A model generated the notes under the pieces. That model was given only the letters and a program-made list of their open reading frames with translations, did no database searches and was not told the origin of the DNA. Positions 60,886 through 64,000 of a DNA stretch of 64,000 nt are shown piece by piece. Source of the stretch: Dehalococcoidia bacterium. GTDB lineage: Bacteria > Chloroflexota > Dehalococcoidia > Plut-88900. Position 1 is the first letter of the stretch. Each line of letters begins with the position of its first letter. Where the stretch lies: the NCBI GenBank assembly GCA_965207225.1, contig CBDBLV010000005.1, forward strand, positions 608,001 to 672,000, written 5' to 3'. The position numbers were made by a program, and so were the translations under genes.

Positions 60886-62052
60886 ATGGACAGATCTAAT
60901 AACAGCCGAACAGATACTGTGAATGTGGCCCCGGAGCGGTCCGGCATGGTGCCGGTAGCTGCCCGGGAGCGACTCAAGAGCTTGCTGGAGAAATTCCAGG
61001 TGTCGGGGCAGCAGATGTTGGGCTATCCCACGAACCGGGACTTCGACTACCGGGAATTGCTGTCCTTTCTGCAATTCAGCGGTAACAACATCGGAGACCC
61101 GTTCCACGATAGCAACTACGCCAGCAACACCCACGATATAGAGCGCGAGGTTATCGGCATCTTTTCAGACCTGATGCGCATTCCCCGCGACCAGGCCTGG
61201 GGATATGTCACCTCCGGCGGTACGGAAGGCAACATGTATGGGCTGTACATAGGGCGAGAAATGTTCCCCGACGGCGTTGTCTACTTCTCCCAGGATACCC
61301 ACTACAGTGCCGTGAAAATCCTCCGGCTCCTCAAGGCCAGGAACATAATGATTAAGAGCCAGCCCAGTGGTGAGATAGACTACGAAGACCTGTATGAGAC
61401 GATACGGATTAACCGGGACGTTCCCGTGATCTTCCTGGCTAACATCGGTACAACCATGAAGGGTGCGGTCGACGATGTCGACAAGGTGCGCGGCATACTG
61501 AACGACCTTGCAGTTACAGACTTCTATATCCACGCCGACGCCGCGCTTAGTGGAATGGTCCTCCCCTTCGTCGATGACCCGCAGCCCTACGGCTTCGATA
61601 GAGGCTTCGACAGCGTTGCCGTGAGCGGTCACAAGATGATCGGGGCCCCTCTCCCGTGCGGCGTCGCATTGACCCGACGGGAGTACGTCTCGCGCATCGC
61701 CCGGTCCGTCGAATACGTGGGAGTCCTGGACACCACCCTGACCGGCTCCCGGAGCGCATTTGCACCACTTATGATTTGGTACGCGTTCCAGCGCTACGGG
61801 CTTGAAGGCTTTAAGAGCATGGTTGCCGAGAGCCTCGCCAGTGCAGAGTACGCCGTGGAACGCTTCAATGAGGTTGGTATCCCCGCCTGGCGAAACAGGA
61901 ACTCCTTGACCGTGGTTTTCCCCAGGCCCTCCGAGGACGTCGTCCGCAAGTGGCAGATAGCGCCTTTCCAGGACATAGCGCACCTCATCACCATGCCGAA
62001 CGTCACCCGAGAGGCCATAGACGCCCTCGTCGATGATGTCCTGAAAGACTGA
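60886..62052 (+). CDS. PLP-dependent histidine/serine decarboxylase family enzyme (start uncertain)
   Basis: GYP.N.DFDY, NNIGDPF, WGYVT.GGTEGN, THYS, NIGTTMKGAVD, HADAAL, SGHKMIG. Confidence 0.88.
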   Translation: MDRSNNSRTDTVNVAPERSGMVPVAARERLKSLLEKFQVSGQQMLGYPTNRDFDYRELLSFLQFSGNNIGDPFHDSNYASNTHDIEREVIGIFSDLMRIPRDQAWGYVTSGGTEGNMYGLYIGREMFPDGVVYFSQDTHYSAVKILRLLKARNIMIKSQPSGEIDYEDLYETIRINRDVPVIFLANIGTTMKGAVDDVDKVRGILNDLAVTDFYIHADAALSGMVLPFVDDPQPYGFDRGFDSVAVSGHKMIGAPLPCGVALTRREYVSRIARSVEYVGVLDTTLTGSRSAFAPLMIWYAFQRYGLEGFKSMVAESLASAEYAVERFNEVGIPAWRNRNSLTVVFPRPSEDVVRKWQIAPFQDIAHLITMPNVTREAIDALVDDVLKD

Positions 62053-62463
62053 TTGCCGGAGGACCCTCGATTGGACAGAATCATAGTTATGGTAAAGGAC
62101 GATGTCGGGGTGATAGCTGGCATTACCGGAGTTCTTGCAGCCGCCGGTATCAACCTTCGGTCCCTCAACACCGAGAACACCGGCGAGACCGGCCTGGTGA
62201 TCATAACCGCTGATAACACCGATGAAGCGCTGCGGGTGCTGACGGAAGCCGGCTTTCGAGCGGTCCTCGATGATGTGCTCGTAGTTCGACTCCCAGACGA
62301 ACCCGGGGCCCTTGCCAAGATCGCAGAGAGATTCAGGCGCGCAGGCGTCAACATTCAAAGCCTGCATATCCTCGACCGGCACGAAGGCTACGCCACGGTC
62401 GCTCTGGCAGCCGATGATCGGACCCAGGCAGAGGAACTGATCGGGCAGGATGCAATCATCTAG
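62053..62463 (+). CDS. Double ACT-domain protein
   Basis: D.VG.IA.I...LA.AGIN and DEPGALAKIA..F..AGVNI. Confidence 0.85.
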   Translation: MPEDPRLDRIIVMVKDDVGVIAGITGVLAAAGINLRSLNTENTGETGLVIITADNTDEALRVLTEAGFRAVLDDVLVVRLPDEPGALAKIAERFRRAGVNIQSLHILDRHEGYATVALAADDRTQAEELIGQDAII

Positions 62464-62537
62464 ATATCGCAGACCTGTATGCACTGTCGACTGGAAGATA
62501 AGGCAGTTCCCTGAACATCCATGTAGGAGGACACCCG

Positions 62538-62840
62538 ATGGGCACCACCGACGCCCTTGACGACAGGTACGAAGAAGCCGAAAGAGGCCTTGACTGGCTC
62601 GAAAAACTCGAGGCCCTCCAGGCCCGCTCCGCCTCCGACAAGGCCGCCTACGAAGTCGCCGAGTACGTCATGAAACTCCGCAACGCCGTAACCAGGCTCG
62701 CCGGCGACCGACCCACCTCCCAGCTGACCAGGGACGTGGGCCAAGAGACCACGCGTCTCGTCGAGGAACTCCGCTACTGGGGCGACCACGACTACTGGAA
62801 CACCAGGATCCGCCCCGCCCTCCTCAAATCCGACCCCTAA
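62538..62840 (+). CDS. Hypothetical helical protein
   Basis: AGGAGG RBS, host-like codon usage, 100 aa. Confidence 0.6.
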   Translation: MGTTDALDDRYEEAERGLDWLEKLEALQARSASDKAAYEVAEYVMKLRNAVTRLAGDRPTSQLTRDVGQETTRLVEELRYWGDHDYWNTRIRPALLKSDP

Positions 62841-62876
62841 CCCACCTATCCTCAGAATTAAGGAGCCCCGACACCC

Positions 62877-64000
62877 ATGACCCCACCCCGCTTCCCCCCC
62901 ACCTCCCGCCCCTGGCCCGACATCCAGGCCGAGATGGCCTCCGCTCACGCTGAGGACAAACCCTGGTACGCACCCCGGCAGTTCAAGGGCGGCAGCTACT
63001 TCGGCGGAGAGGATGTCGTCCAGGTCGCCAACGACGCCTATCAGATGTACATCAACCACAATGCCCTCTTCGCCCCCGACCTCTTCCCCAGCCTCGTCAA
63101 GTACGAACGCGAGCTCCTCGATGCCCTACTCGAAATGCTCTCCGCACCCGACGGCGCAGGCGGCAGCCTCACCTCCGGCGGCACCGAGAGCATCGTCGTC
63201 GCCGTAAAGGCCGCCAGGGCCTGGGCCCGAGACCACAAACCCGACGCCACCGCCCCAGAAATCGTCGTCCCCCGCGCCGCCCATCCCTCCTTCGACAAGG
63301 CCACCCACATCCTCGGCATCAAGACCGTCCGGGTCCCGACCAGCACGGACTTCCACGCCGACCTCCGGGCCATTTCAGACGCCATCAACGAAAACACCAT
63401 CCTCATCGCCGGTTCCGCTCCCTCTTATCCCTACGGCGTCACCGACCCCATCTCCGAAATCGGCGCCCTCGCCCAAAAGCATAACCTCTGGTGCCACGTC
63501 GACGCCTGTCACGGCGGCTATGTACTCCCCTTCGCCCGAAGGCTAGGCTACCCTATCCCCGACTACGACTTCGCCGTCGATGGCGTCACCTCCATTTCCG
63601 TCGACGTTCACAAGCTCGGCTACGCCAACAAGGGCGTCTCCGGCCTCCTGCTCCGTGATGAAGCCCTCGTCGAATACCAGCGCTTCACCTTCGAAGACTG
63701 GCCCTCGGGCCTCTACTCCACCCGCAGCAACACCGGCTCCCGCTCCGGTGGCGGCGTCGCATCCGCCTGGGCCGTCCTCAACTACCTCGGCGAGGAGGGC
63801 TACCTCCGCATTGTTGAAAGAATCCTCGACACCCGGGACCGCTTCATCGACGGTATCAACTCCATCGATGGCCTCCGAGTCTACGGTACGCCCCACGCCT
63901 ACCTCGTAGCCTTCGGCCCCGACCTCCAACACGAGCCCTCAAGAGACCTCGACATCTTCGCCGTCCACGACGGTATGCTCGACAAAGGCTGGAACAGCAA
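62877..64000 (+). CDS. Sphingosine-1-phosphate lyase-like PLP enzyme (3'-truncated; absent from the ORF track)
   Basis: Manual translation: FPSLVKYE, TSGGTESI, AHPSFDKA, GSAPSYPYGVTDPI, HVDACHGG, GVTSISVDVHKLGYANKG; AAGGAG RBS. Confidence 0.85.
   Translation, partial: MTPPRFPPTSRPWPDIQAEMASAHAEDKPWYAPRQFKGGSYFGGEDVVQVANDAYQMYINHNALFAPDLFPSLVKYERELLDALLEMLSAPDGAGGSLTSGGTESIVVAVKAARAWARDHKPDATAPEIVVPRAAHPSFDKATHILGIKTVRVPTSTDFHADLRAISDAINENTILIAGSAPSYPYGVTDPISEIGALAQKHNLWCHVDACHGGYVLPFARRLGYPIPDYDFAVDGVTSISVDVHKLGYANKGVSGLLLRDEALVEYQRFTFEDWPSGLYSTRSNTGSRSGGGVASAWAVLNYLGEEGYLRIVERILDTRDRFIDGINSIDGLRVYGTPHAYLVAFGPDLQHEPSRDLDIFAVHDGMLDKGWNS

Noticed and set aside
53933-64000. Integrative element at tRNA-Ala
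   Set aside because: No integrase and no duplicated tRNA 3' end were spotted; only the compositional hint remains

Overview
GC-rich bacterial window whose gene content points to a Dehalococcoidia/SAR202-like Chloroflexota genome. This assignment is inferred from the PT-rich linkers, cadherin proteins, amidohydrolase/LLM/CoA-transferase paralog expansions and the ilv-leu-cimA operon. 1-13.5 kb: two ~7.94-kb tandem units. Each has a secreted cadherin-repeat protein with an EF-hand/dockerin-like tail, then a membrane-anchored protein with three cohesin-like beta repeats, then a divergent ureABC with no accessory genes. The block ends at the 3' end of tRNA-Thr. 14-30 kb: catabolic and housekeeping genes, including six amidohydrolases, a SelA-like PLP enzyme, rnhA, SDR, LLM, MBL, AKR and a DUF4349-PKD lipoprotein. 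30-33 kb: an IS1380 inserted into the target-site duplication of an ISAs1. 33-41 kb: a Leu T-box-controlled ilvBNC-leuA-leuB-cimA operon lacking the Fe-S dehydratases. 41-43 kb: a JAB peptidase and a selenocysteine-containing selD (in-frame UGA plus SECIS, missed by the ORF track). 43-54 kb: a divergent Ltp2-like aldolase/DUF35/CoA-transferase/hydrolase cluster, then tRNA-Ala. 54-64 kb: diiron protein, rhodanese, YbaK, otsA-GH15, cupin, His/Ser decarboxylase, ACT protein and a truncated S1P-lyase-like gene. The best candidate for an undescribed system is a cellulosome-like dockerin/cohesin adhesin-display module, co-duplicated with an atypical urease. All calls come from visual motif recognition; no searches were run.
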